DNA of 64,000 nt, from IMG/VR virus record IMGVR_UViG_3300030108_006260, positions 176,444-240,443 of that record; one strand, written 5' to 3'. The notes under the pieces were generated by a model, which saw only the letters and a list, made by a program, of their open reading frames with translations, was not told the DNA's origin and did not search any database. Below, in pieces: positions 28,501-36,531 of this stretch. Numbering within the stretch: the first letter of the stretch is position 1; the number at the start of each line of letters is the position of its first letter. Both the position numbers and the translations under genes were made by a program.

Positions 28501-29180
28501 CGAACTACTATGCAGGAGCAGCAGGAACTGGTGTAGGAAACGCATCCGGATTTATAGGAAGCGCACTAGTACGAATCAACGGAAGCTTTGCCGGATTAGG
28601 AAACCAAGTTTTCTTCGGAAATAACTGGTTCTTCATCAACGATGGTGGCTGGTACATCGGGATGAATGAAGACAGATTTAAGTTTGGAGTAGGGCAGGCT
28701 AGCGATGGTGTGGTCCTTGAAAACTTCGTAAATGCGGAGTTACCTTCTTACAATATTTATGGAAGGCTATTTCTTGTAACTTTAGCCTACGATGGAACGG
28801 ATGCACGCGGTTACGTTAATGGAGAACATTTTGTAACACTCACACCCTCAGGTGGATATGACACCAGCTTTGCATCTGACATGCTTATGCTAGGAAGAAG
28901 TAATAACGGAGGAGCAGCGGCTCCTTCGTCTGCCTGTTCCATACTTGGTGCCGGGTATTCCGAGGCCGTAATAACGGAGTCAGAAGTTATCGACCATTTT
29001 GTAGCGTGTATGGAATCCGGGGCATTCGAAGACCTTCCGACTACAGGATTCGAAAATATGTATTCATTCGAGGGACTTAGCAGTGCGCCTGCTACCCTTA
29101 GTGATGTAGGATCTGCGGCTGACACAGACCTGACCCTGAACGGATCGTTGACTGTGTCCGACTTTACCACCAGGTGGTGA
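22572..29180 (+). CDS. Long repetitive fibre protein (2202 aa) with C-terminal LamG/concanavalin-like domain
   Basis: Seven large repeats with fibre motifs (ATTGTAGFMSSGDKTKLDGI, GGTMTG, TVFGRTG, VTSVNG); C-terminal GWYIG...LFLVTLAYDGTDARGYVNG...LMLG is LamG-like. Confidence 0.8.
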   Translation: MSLKVRITNKTRSIIAVNKVKRKVPPLSTTTFEISISDLDVLRPFLLSHREKGQIDFDVFNDPGSVDSSDTELVTLADIPDVIPGGGGSSDALDISYDNTASGLTATNVKEAIDEVVSAGGSGTDNQTASEVPFTPAGNLTSTNTQAALEELDAEKIDVAHLGTGGAAHASATTSTAGFMSSTDKVKLNSIESGADVTDTANVTSAGALMRSGGTMTGNIVMSPSQTVDGRDLSVDGAKLDGIEPGADVTDASNVTLAGALMRTGGTMTGDVVFSGSQTFDGRDVSVDGSKLDGIEPGAEVNTVDTVFGRTGNVVATAGDYEASEVSYDNTTSGLTATDVKAAIDEVAASVGGGGTDDQTAAEVPFTPSGNLSSTDVQDALEELDSEKLSTTHAGTGGTSHANATTGTAGFMSSGDKTKLNSIETNADVTDTANVTSAGALMRSGGTMTGNIVMSGAQTVDGRDLSSDGSKLDGIESGADVTDTANVTSAGALMRSGGTMTGDIVFNASQTFDGRDLSVDGSKLDGIEPGAEVNTVDTVHGRTGDIVAVAGDYSADEVSYDNATSGLTATDVKAAIDELAASGGGGGTDDQTAAEVPFTPAGNIAATDVQDAIEELDSEKLSATHAGTGGAAHSNATTGTAGFMSSGDKTKLDGIESGADVTDTANVTSAGALMRSGGTMTGNIVMSGSETVDGRDLSVDGAKLDGIETNADVTDTANVTSAGALMRSGGTMTGNIVMSGAETVDGRDLSVDGAKLDGIESGAEVNTVDTVHGRTGDVVAVAGDYAASEISYDNTTSGLTATDVKAAIDEVVASASTDDQTAAEVPFTPAGNIAATDVQDAIEELDSEKLSATHEGTGGASHANATTGTAGFMSSGDKTKLNSIESGADVTDTANVTSAGALMRSGGTMTGNIVMSGAETVDGRDLSVDGSKLDGIEPGAEVNTVDTVFGRTGNIIAVSGDYAASEVSYDNTTSGLTATDVKEAIDELAASGGSGTDDQTAAEVPFTPAGNISATDVQDAIEELDTEKLAATHEGTGGASHANATTGTAGFMSSGDKTKLDGIESGADVTDTANVTSAGALMRSGGTMTGDIVFNASQTFDGRDLSVDGAKLDGIDPGAEANTVDTVFGRTGDIVAVAGDYAASEVSYDNTTSGLTATDVKAAIDEVASSVTDDQTALEVSFTPSGNIAATDVQNAIEELDSEKLAATHEGTGGASHANATTGTAGFMSSGDKTKLDGVEAGADVTDTANVTSSGALMRSGGTMTGNIVMSSTETVDGRDLSVDGAKLDGIESGAEVNTVDTVFGRTGDVIAVAGDYAAEEVSYDNTTSGLTATDVKAAIDEVAASVGGGTDDQTAAEVPFTPAGNIAATDVQDAIEELDSEKLSATHEGTGGASHANATTGTAGFMSATDKVKLNGIESGADVTDTANVTSAGALMRSGGTMTGNIVMSGAQTVDGRDLSVDGAKLDGIESGAEINTVDTVHGRTGDVVAVAGDYSDSDISVDPSGFNVISSSATTQALYNAENDARLLDARSSGVRFFDGFGSTGGTTIAVGAGSGVTLDLSTDPVSYATPSWGAQTLTPPASQISFLICDSAGTLSWLSAEPTPSQRRTSVLIGTVATQGTTITAAISNAMPVRNSIQQLRDMMEGMGKVRLGTGTVPQPVTSTLGFTVTSGSILVPGISVASNPNNPHSFVYPGSASPASFQYATPSGSDGVTRTAIIPDQYWNGSTLVTIGGNSNRAAIHTIYLFPSSNIRVARPQQFYSSMSRALSALATRIYTTPAGYEANGFIVGYIIARRNATNLASSSDALFVSTNQFGGIGGGTAGIIQGVTSVNGQAGPAVTLNEFVSDVFRVQDNTDTTKKIAFNASAITTGTVRTITMPDADVDLGSLGGGGGVTSVNGDSGPAVILNEFESDVFRVQDNTDTTKKISFDASAITTGTVRTITMPDADVDLGSLGGGGGGPEESTGARDFSSANYYAGAAGTGVGNASGFIGSALVRINGSFAGLGNQVFFGNNWFFINDGGWYIGMNEDRFKFGVGQASDGVVLENFVNAELPSYNIYGRLFLVTLAYDGTDARGYVNGEHFVTLTPSGGYDTSFASDMLMLGRSNNGGAAAPSSACSILGAGYSEAVITESEVIDHFVACMESGAFEDLPTTGFENMYSFEGLSSAPATLSDVGSAADTDLTLNGSLTVSDFTTRW
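22855..27060 (+). repeat. Seven tandem coding repeats (three of ~696 bp, four of ~530 bp)
   Basis: Each unit starts at SYDN (about 22858, 23550, 24246, 24942, 25473, 26010, 26538). Confidence 0.85.
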
Positions 29181-29194
29181 TAGAAATAGTGGTA

Positions 29195-30334
29195 TCAGAC
29201 CAAACCGAGGCGAGAGAACAAAGGAAGTACTTGACTGTTTCCGCCGTTGACTGTCTGAACGCGAGTCACCAGGCTTGTTAGACCAAAATCGTAAGGACGG
29301 GTTGCGATGGCTCCGACAGAAACTCTACGTAAGGCGTTTCTCTTCGTCTTCTCTAGCTCAGAGTCCAGATAATCCTTTAGACGACTCATAGCACTCTCGT
29401 AGATTCCTGTACGATCTACGTCAAGAGTAACAGTCTGACCAGAGAAACTGAAGCTAAGTTCTCCTTCACTGAGATACTGTGCTTGTAGTCCCCACCAGGC
29501 AGCAGCAGCGATAAGGAATGTGGTCATACCATATTGAGTAGGAAAAGAGTGCAGGCTCCATCCCGTAATGGGGTTGGTCTGGTTGATTATATCAACGCCT
29601 CTCTGAAGGTACCCGTACAGGTCTGCGTCAGAGTACGCCTGAACGTGGCCTATCTTTTTCTGTAGCTTGTCTATTAGCATCCGGAAGTCAGGCTGTAGCT
29701 GCCAGAACAGCATCTCGGGGACCCGGATCTGCTGGATGAAGGTACTCGCAGGCGATAAGGGCGTCTGACGAGTGTTCCATACGACCATGTAGCTACCTGT
29801 TTGAGTCAGGGGAGCGGTATCTACGTAGTAGACGTAGTACTGACCCTGCTGCACTTCTTGCACAGTAGGCGAGAGGTCTGTCACTGTAGACCCACACATT
29901 AGGGATACCTTGACGCTATCTTGTCTGTCCTTGAACTTGATGAGGGACCGCTCAGATTGTCCACAGAAAGTAAGGTTGAAGTACTGTCTCTCGTCAGGAG
30001 TAGCTTCAATATTATCGCATATGACGAAGTTAGCAGATCGTGTAACTTGTCTGCCCCCGTTTGTGAGCATAACCCACTCTATCTGCCAGGGAGTATCAGA
30101 AGTGGATAGCTCTGCGTCTGCTGGAACAAACCAGGAAAACTGCCAGCGACCGGGTGAGGCCGGGACTTGTGTAGCAACACCTGTCTGTATTGCCTCCTCA
30201 GTGGGAGACATGATTGAAAGAGAAGGATAAGCAGATGGGTCTGAAGGTAGAAGCGGCGTACCGTCCTCTTCTATGAATAGCTCCTGAAATAGTACAGATG
30301 TACCGCGAACTACTTTTTGAGGTGAGGTGGCCAT
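29195..30334 (-). CDS. Neck / head-tail adaptor protein with N-terminal Ig-like domains
   Basis: AYSDADLYGYLQRGVDIIN...FSFSGQTVTLDVDRTGIYESAMSRL resembles head-completion adaptors of large myophages. Confidence 0.55.
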   Translation of the reverse strand: MATSPQKVVRGTSVLFQELFIEEDGTPLLPSDPSAYPSLSIMSPTEEAIQTGVATQVPASPGRWQFSWFVPADAELSTSDTPWQIEWVMLTNGGRQVTRSANFVICDNIEATPDERQYFNLTFCGQSERSLIKFKDRQDSVKVSLMCGSTVTDLSPTVQEVQQGQYYVYYVDTAPLTQTGSYMVVWNTRQTPLSPASTFIQQIRVPEMLFWQLQPDFRMLIDKLQKKIGHVQAYSDADLYGYLQRGVDIINQTNPITGWSLHSFPTQYGMTTFLIAAAAWWGLQAQYLSEGELSFSFSGQTVTLDVDRTGIYESAMSRLKDYLDSELEKTKRNALRRVSVGAIATRPYDFGLTSLVTRVQTVNGGNSQVLPLFSRLGLV

Positions 30335-30415
30335 ATCTAGAGAACTTTTATAAGGGTTATCCTACTGGTAACAGGGACTAAATAAGTACCCAAACGAACA
30401 AGCTAAAGGTAAATT

Positions 30416-31546
30416 TTGGGCGCAAATGGCTACAGACCTCCGGATGACGATAGAGTCGTATCCAAAACTGACATCCTAGGGGACTTACCCCAGAGGCATG
30501 CCAGAGAGGATCTAATTCCAATAATCGCCAGGGCTTCCCAAAACGCCAGCAACGTAAACCCTACGTATTTTGAATACTTCCAGAGGATTAAAACTGGAAG
30601 AAGATGCTCGTGTTGGACCGTAGAAACGGAACCAGCAGGTATATGCCCTTGTTGCTTTGGAACTGGAGTTGTTGGGGGCTACAACAAAAGGGGAACTAAG
30701 ACACATGTGTTTGATGTCACACACCCTAAAACGAGCACAGCGAACATAAGTCCTGACTATAACCAAGTAACACGTCCTTGTTACTGGTCCCTCATCAAAA
30801 GTGCTGTCTATGGGGTCATGGACTTTGACTTCGATATACGAAAAAACATAGGAGTCCTTGATACACTAGACATCAAGGACTATTCCCCTGAGGGGACAGA
30901 AATTAACTACTGGGTCAAATCCCCTAGTGAGACAGAGTACAAGAGACTCACACACGAAGAGATCCAATGTAGACTTGGACAGAAGAGAATTCAAATCAGA
31001 GTAGAGATGAAGAGAGTGTCACCTTCCTCACCTCTGCCTAAGTTAGTGTGCATAAGAGTAGCATATAGAATTATACCTCTAACAGAGATACGCGTCAACA
31101 TACCAAGAGCACAAGAGTCCCTAACACTTGAAGAGTTGGGAATATATCAAAGCTTCTCTAGCCAATCTTTCTGGCTAGACAACACTCTAAAAAACATCTC
31201 TACCGAAGACTGGCTATACAACACTTTAGACGGTACTCGGTGGAAAGTAATAGAGTCATCTGACAACAAGCCGCATGGGATACTTACGTCTTGGGATCTT
31301 ACATGTAGGCTTATACAGAGCTACGAATCTTACTCACTCATACCCATAGGTAAGACAGTAACAAGTAAGCTACCGGAGGCCGTAAAGTCAATACAAACTG
31401 ATAAAGAGCTAGAAGATTTCGTCTACAAAAGTGACTCAAACCACCTTAGAAAGCCAGGTAACAGAGCACAGACCTCCCAACCTGACGGTCCATACGTAAC
31501 TCCACCCGGACAAACTGACGTTAGCAACAAGAAGAGAGAAGTGTAG
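30416..31546 (+). CDS. Neck / head-completion protein with Zn finger
   Basis: GRRCSCW...CPCCFGTGVVGGY; C-terminal ISTEDWL...GTRWKV barrel. Confidence 0.5.
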   Translation: MGANGYRPPDDDRVVSKTDILGDLPQRHAREDLIPIIARASQNASNVNPTYFEYFQRIKTGRRCSCWTVETEPAGICPCCFGTGVVGGYNKRGTKTHVFDVTHPKTSTANISPDYNQVTRPCYWSLIKSAVYGVMDFDFDIRKNIGVLDTLDIKDYSPEGTEINYWVKSPSETEYKRLTHEEIQCRLGQKRIQIRVEMKRVSPSSPLPKLVCIRVAYRIIPLTEIRVNIPRAQESLTLEELGIYQSFSSQSFWLDNTLKNISTEDWLYNTLDGTRWKVIESSDNKPHGILTSWDLTCRLIQSYESYSLIPIGKTVTSKLPEAVKSIQTDKELEDFVYKSDSNHLRKPGNRAQTSQPDGPYVTPPGQTDVSNKKREV

Positions 31547-31547
31547 T

Positions 31548-31754
31548 ATGAAAACTTCAAAAATAAAAAGATACCAGAGTAATCTTATGGAGTTAAGAAG
31601 ACTACGGAATCCTGAAAACTACGACAAGGAAAAAGAGAAGGTAATACTTGATTTAATGTCGATTATTTGGGAGTCCATGAGCGTTGAAGAAAGGGATTTC
31701 TTCCACAAGAACAGTGCATTGTCTTGGCCGCCACCTGTCACCGAAGAAGATTGA
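31548..31754 (+). CDS. Hypothetical protein
   Basis: 68-aa ORF tightly packed between neighbours. Confidence 0.5.
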   Translation: MKTSKIKRYQSNLMELRRLRNPENYDKEKEKVILDLMSIIWESMSVEERDFFHKNSALSWPPPVTEED

Positions 31755-31757
31755 TCT

Positions 31758-32171
31758 ATGACGTACTACATTTTTAGAGCAGACCCAGAAACAAGCCCGC
31801 CACCTAGCAATGTGGCAGCTTCCTCAGTTCCCCTTGCAGCTCCCGACCGTACAGTCATCACAATTGGAGCCAAGATGTTCTCCTCGTCTGACGTTGCAAT
31901 TATCAGCCGAACTGAACAAGCTCGAAGGGTAGGACGTAGGTCGAACGATCGTTTTGGAGACACTTCTCGTGTCCAGCCTTCTCACGGAAAAACCATCAAC
32001 GTCGGATTCGACGGGATAGAGCTGGAGGACCTCGTATTCGAGAACCTAGACCAGTACACACAGGATGCTGTAGCGGACCTCGTTTACGCCAGGTACCTCA
32101 TTGTCAGTCAGGACCCAAATAGGGCAAATACGGCTGCTTATCTAGATCCACCCGACATACGGGCTCTGTAG
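31758..32171 (+). CDS. Hypothetical protein
   Basis: 137-aa ORF. Confidence 0.55.
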   Translation: MTYYIFRADPETSPPPSNVAASSVPLAAPDRTVITIGAKMFSSSDVAIISRTEQARRVGRRSNDRFGDTSRVQPSHGKTINVGFDGIELEDLVFENLDQYTQDAVADLVYARYLIVSQDPNRANTAAYLDPPDIRAL

Positions 32172-32175
32172 TTCC

Positions 32176-32583
32176 ATGTCTTCTCTTGAGATAGATCTCA
32201 GGCATCATGAAGACGGCTCTTACATGCTTGAGATCCGAACAAGGGGAGGCAAGTCGGACATCAACATCACAGGAATTATACACGATATTGTCGTGGACAA
32301 AATCAGGTATCTACAGAAAAAGCTAGATATATCGGAAAAGTATAAGGACTGGATGTTATCTTCTACTACAGAGACACACGAAAGTCTAACAACTCTTAAG
32401 ATTCGATATGACAGCATCTACAAGAGGCTGAGCTTGACGACTGAAGCGGTGTCGGAGTTGGTTTCATCGTGGGAAGAAGGAAAAGAAAGCAGTCTAGTGC
32501 TAAAGAACCTGAGGCAGGTTCTTGCTCAAAACGAGAGCTTCTTAGAAGAAGATCTCTCCCTCCAGAAGGAGAGCGGCAAGTAA
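32176..32583 (+). CDS. Hypothetical protein
   Basis: 135-aa ORF. Confidence 0.5.
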   Translation: MSSLEIDLRHHEDGSYMLEIRTRGGKSDINITGIIHDIVVDKIRYLQKKLDISEKYKDWMLSSTTETHESLTTLKIRYDSIYKRLSLTTEAVSELVSSWEEGKESSLVLKNLRQVLAQNESFLEEDLSLQKESGK

Positions 32584-33020
32584 GAATACTTGCCATGGAC
32601 CCTGGGCGTAAGAACTTTGCCTGGGCCCTAAGAGAAGAAGGAGAGGTCACACGAGTAGGGTGGGTAGATCCCATCGACACTGTGACAGAGGACACTGCTT
32701 TCATTAATAGCTGCATCGAGCTTCTTGTCGATACTCAGCCAGACTTTGTTGTGCTAGAGAGGTTCATGGTGAGGGGAGGAGGCCAGTCAATGTTGGCTGA
32801 GACTCTAAACCAGATGATCGGAAGAGTAGCTGTCCTAACCCGTACCTACGCAGGCGTAGAGCTGATCCAGATTACGTCGGCTCAGTGGAAGAACTGGTGG
32901 AACAAGTCCATCAAAGAGGACTGGCATGAAGCCTATGCAAACGTGGAAAGCATACACCAACGAGACGCCTGCGGTATGAGCGAGTACATCCAAAACTACT
33001 GGATCGACAAGAACCTGTGA
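32469..33020 (+). CDS. ruvC: RuvC-like Holliday junction resolvase
   Basis: RILAMDPGRKNFAWA, PDFVVLERF, ITSAQWKN, HQRDAC. Confidence 0.8.
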   Translation: MGRRKRKQSSAKEPEAGSCSKRELLRRRSLPPEGERQVRILAMDPGRKNFAWALREEGEVTRVGWVDPIDTVTEDTAFINSCIELLVDTQPDFVVLERFMVRGGGQSMLAETLNQMIGRVAVLTRTYAGVELIQITSAQWKNWWNKSIKEDWHEAYANVESIHQRDACGMSEYIQNYWIDKNL

Positions 33021-33049
33021 CTGGCTCAGCAAGTTTTTTTTTAAAAAAT

Positions 33050-33346
33050 TTAGTTCCGGCAGACGTGCTCTGAGTTGAAGTCGAGTACAATATTTCCAGT
33101 AAGAGGGTCTACTGTAGGTGATACGGTACTTTCGGTCGACCACATACCTCCAGAATCCTCACACAGCTCTCGCTCCGTCTTGCTGCGACAAGAAGCACCT
33201 GTCCATACTCTTCCTCCTTGTACGCACTCAGAGATGCGCTCTTGAAGCAAAGCCTCCCTACACCCTGGAGAATACTGACAAGCATCGCTCACAGTCTCCC
33301 TGGCGCAAGAGACAACAACAAGAAGTAGGATGAGTAGTGCTCTCAT
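33050..33346 (-). CDS. Cys-rich putative lipoprotein
   Basis: MRALLILLLVVVSC signal/lipobox; repeated C...GG.W motifs. Confidence 0.55.
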   Translation of the reverse strand: MRALLILLLVVVSCARETVSDACQYSPGCREALLQERISECVQGGRVWTGASCRSKTERELCEDSGGMWSTESTVSPTVDPLTGNIVLDFNSEHVCRN

Positions 33347-33741
33347 CGCAGGACCCTTAGGGACCCGAGTATGTCCTGAAGAGTATCCTCGTTTGTCTCT
33401 GTAGCAAGAGCATGAGATTCTATGCGCTGCATAAGGCAGTCCCAGCTGCCCTGGTAGTGGCCTCTACACACTCTGGTGGCCATGAGTGCACCAATAGCTA
33501 ACTGAGCCTCTACGTCCTCTACAGGGAAGCTGGAGAGCATCTCTGATATGCTGTCCCAATCCTTGACCCATAACCTCTCGTCAGACCACATGAATACAGC
33601 ATCTAGCTTTGCATCGTAAGACTGGGGGCTGGAAAGCTCCTCCAGTATCTCTTCAATTAAAGTAAACTCAAGGCTAGTGTCTACGTTAGGAGACATCTTG
33701 ATGTCAGGTTGTTCGTCTGTAAGAGTGTTTCTCTTAGTCAT
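33343..33741 (-). CDS. Hypothetical protein
   Basis: 132-aa ORF with AGAGGA RBS-like sequence upstream. Confidence 0.55.
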   Translation of the reverse strand: MTKRNTLTDEQPDIKMSPNVDTSLEFTLIEEILEELSSPQSYDAKLDAVFMWSDERLWVKDWDSISEMLSSFPVEDVEAQLAIGALMATRVCRGHYQGSWDCLMQRIESHALATETNEDTLQDILGSLRVLR

Positions 33742-33923
33742 ATCCTCTATTTACAAATAGTAAATGAATATGTTCTTAGTCTATAAGAGACTGATCTACG
33801 TACATGGGTAGCTTAGAGTCACTCGTACTCTGGATATGCCTATTGTTCCTCTCATGGAACACTACTAAGGACTTAGGAGTAAGTGTCTACTTGGCCCACA
33901 GTGGCACAGTAGATCCAAGTGTG

Positions 33924-34154
33924 TCACTCGTTGAGGTAGAACTCATCGAAGTCGGAGGGGTCTTCTTCCTCATCAAGGAATTCTCTACCCAGGTATCGGT
34001 TGAGACTTTGAAGTAGGGGAACTAAGGAATCTGGATCGGGATCACTGGGTTCCCAGTCATTTGCAAGTTGCTCATCCTCTATAGCGGAGGAGAGGAAGGT
34101 ACGTATACGGAGGATCTGTTCCTCACTCATAGACTCTAGATCTTTTATTGCCAT
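33924..34154 (-). CDS. Small acidic hypothetical protein
   Basis: 76-aa acidic ORF. Confidence 0.5.
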   Translation of the reverse strand: MAIKDLESMSEEQILRIRTFLSSAIEDEQLANDWEPSDPDPDSLVPLLQSLNRYLGREFLDEEEDPSDFDEFYLNE

Positions 34155-34559
34155 TAGATTACCTGGAAGATAAGTAAGTAGATATAATCTCTAATGGGAG
34201 ATAGCAGGTATTAGATATTAGATGTGGGTGAGTGTAGCTTTGTCTCTCAGGCGGGGAGTAGATAGTGGGCCTTCGGCAGGTCATCAGCTCCCCCGCACCC
34301 CGGTTACTTGGCTCTAGACCCAGCGTCTAGTTAACTCTAATTCTAATTATTTAATTTAAGGATCCCTGGGGAGGGGAACCGCTTGAAGTGAGTTAATGAA
34401 CGAATTAGGTTTACAATTCACGACCCCCAAAATCGTAACTTTTTTAGTTAAAAGTTGTAAGACCATGATATCACTAAGGATAGTGCCTTAAACCTGGCTA
34501 CCACTGGTATCTTCTAAATATTTTATATTTATTTTAACTATAAATGTAAATAAAATGGA

Positions 34560-35345
34560 GTGACTACAAATGTACGATGCCAGGTGCATGGCGAAATGAT
34601 CCGAAGGGACTGCTCCCTTTCCAAGTGTGTCTTCTCTACAAAGTATCCGGGAGTCAAAAACTGCATCCTCGTGTATATGGCTAAGCAGGGCATAGACAGC
34701 TTGAAGCCCCTGGACATCTCCTTACTCAAGGGCATTCCCAGCAACCAAGTCAGCAGGAGCCTATCGAAGGCAACGGTGCTGATGCGCAATAACACCCTCA
34801 AGGTTTCCAACCAGGTAGACATCGAACCTAAGTTCAAGGTTTTGATGGGAATGAATACTTGCTACCACTGTGAGACACCCATCACGAGTAAGAACCAGAG
34901 GCACAGCGTAGAGTCTAAAATCCCCCGGACAGGAGAGAAGGTGGTCTACTGCTCTTCTAAGTGTGCAGAGGCACGTCCTGCTCAGTATGTTGCAGCAGAG
35001 GCTGCCTGCGGAACGGACATCAAGAACATCGTGTCCTGGGCCGTCAAGAAGTATTCCACCTTAGGAGGACTTGAGCAGGCACTCGGCATGAACAGGACAC
35101 TTTTAGGTAAAACCCTGAAGGACTTGCTTGGCCTGGAGGCAGACACACTTTACTCTACCACTGAAAGAGTCAAGACTCGGTCAAAGTCTTTGGTACGTAG
35201 AACAGGGAGCCGACCTGAGTGGCTTACGTCTTTTCACGAGATACTCCAACCCCTGATAGACGACATGAGTGACGAGCATGGCCCTCCTACAGTCGACCAT
35301 TCTTCGTTGATAGAAAACGTCAATAATGTTATTGAATCTATCTAA
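34560..35345 (+). CDS. Zinc-finger protein, possible transcriptional regulator
   Basis: Cys cluster CQVH..C....C.F; CYHC...YCSSKC treble-clef; HTH-like LGGLEQALGMNRTLL. Confidence 0.55.
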   Translation: MTTNVRCQVHGEMIRRDCSLSKCVFSTKYPGVKNCILVYMAKQGIDSLKPLDISLLKGIPSNQVSRSLSKATVLMRNNTLKVSNQVDIEPKFKVLMGMNTCYHCETPITSKNQRHSVESKIPRTGEKVVYCSSKCAEARPAQYVAAEAACGTDIKNIVSWAVKKYSTLGGLEQALGMNRTLLGKTLKDLLGLEADTLYSTTERVKTRSKSLVRRTGSRPEWLTSFHEILQPLIDDMSDEHGPPTVDHSSLIENVNNVIESI

Positions 35346-35429
35346 TCATTAGAGTCGCTAAAAAACTACTTATCTAGTGGCGTTGGTACCAAACATTCGG
35401 GCAGATATCGCCCACCTTAGGAGATTTTC

Positions 35430-36248
35430 ATGAGAGATAACATTAACCACCGGATCCTTGCTCGTTTGAGCAATGCAGTAGAGGACCGGAATCTTCCTCC
35501 CCGGTCGGACATGTATCTTGCCGATGTTCAACCCATTGACGCAACACAGTGTAAGATCCTCGTAGGATATGACAGCCATGTAGCAGGAGAGCCTAGGCTT
35601 TCTCAGATTGAAAGGTTCGTAGAGTCTCGCTGGAACAACGCTGTTGTTGCACAGGCTACCACGGCCCGCAATCATGACGGAGCAGAAGCTGTATCTATCC
35701 TAGTGACAGCCAATGTTCCTACTCGTAATGTTGCTGATGCTACAGTCATGCGTAGGATCACCGCAGGAACCTACATGGATAACCAGACAGGTCATGTCTG
35801 GGTTGTCGCAGACAACGGAACCAATAAATATCTCATGAGGCGCCCTGAAAAGCCCATCGAGGAGATTGTTGGAGCCCCAGAGCGTGTTTCTAGGAAGCAA
35901 GCCCGCTTTGAAGATCTACGCACAGCCTCGGCTATGGTAGGTGAGGGTGACACTGTTCGTTTCTGGGACGGCTCTATGCCCATGGTAGGCAAGGTAACAT
36001 CCTCAGCAGCAGACTCCTTGTCTGTATCTGCAAACGGCAGGTCCTACAAGATCAGCCCCGAGGCTGTTTTCAATGTGGTCGAGCGCTCGGAGTCCAGGCT
36101 CAGCGGCGAACAGTCAACTCTAGAGGACTACTACGCCCGTGCTTTTGGAAGTGAAGACTTTGCTCGTAAGTTTACACGCAAGCTAAACAGGCAAGAAGAT
36201 CCACTTTCTTCTGACACCGGCTGGTCCGGTGGTGGAAGTGAGGACTGA
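35430..36248 (+). CDS. Hypothetical head-module protein
   Basis: 272-aa ORF with AGGAGA RBS; C-terminal SH3-like segment. Confidence 0.6.
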   Translation: MRDNINHRILARLSNAVEDRNLPPRSDMYLADVQPIDATQCKILVGYDSHVAGEPRLSQIERFVESRWNNAVVAQATTARNHDGAEAVSILVTANVPTRNVADATVMRRITAGTYMDNQTGHVWVVADNGTNKYLMRRPEKPIEEIVGAPERVSRKQARFEDLRTASAMVGEGDTVRFWDGSMPMVGKVTSSAADSLSVSANGRSYKISPEAVFNVVERSESRLSGEQSTLEDYYARAFGSEDFARKFTRKLNRQEDPLSSDTGWSGGGSED

Positions 36249-36270
36249 TTTATAGGCGTTATGCCTTTTC

Positions 36271-36531
36271 ATGTCAAAACGACTTAAAAGACTTAGAGTT
36301 CTATCTAAAAAGTTAGATTCTCTTCTGGATAGGGGTGAAAACCTCAGGTTTCCTCGTGATCCAGATAAAACAGTAGATGAGAATGTGCCCGTAAGCCCTC
36401 ATGGGTTTCCGGGCATTCTCACTGATACCATGGGAGGCCCAGGTAGTGCCCGGCATAGGGAACACCAAGCTCCTGGGCCTCGTGGTATAGCCTCCTCGGA
36501 AGAAGAGGAAGAAGAGGAAAAGGATGACTAG
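36271..36531 (+). CDS. Hypothetical protein
   Basis: 86-aa ORF with KRLKRLRVLS leader. Confidence 0.5.
   Translation: MSKRLKRLRVLSKKLDSLLDRGENLRFPRDPDKTVDENVPVSPHGFPGILTDTMGGPGSARHREHQAPGPRGIASSEEEEEEEKDD

Noticed and set aside
34251-34300. Possible hammerhead ribozyme on the - strand (CTGATGA flanked by a GC stem)
   Set aside because: No stem II can form after CUGAUGA, GAAA is GAAG, and stem III is absent
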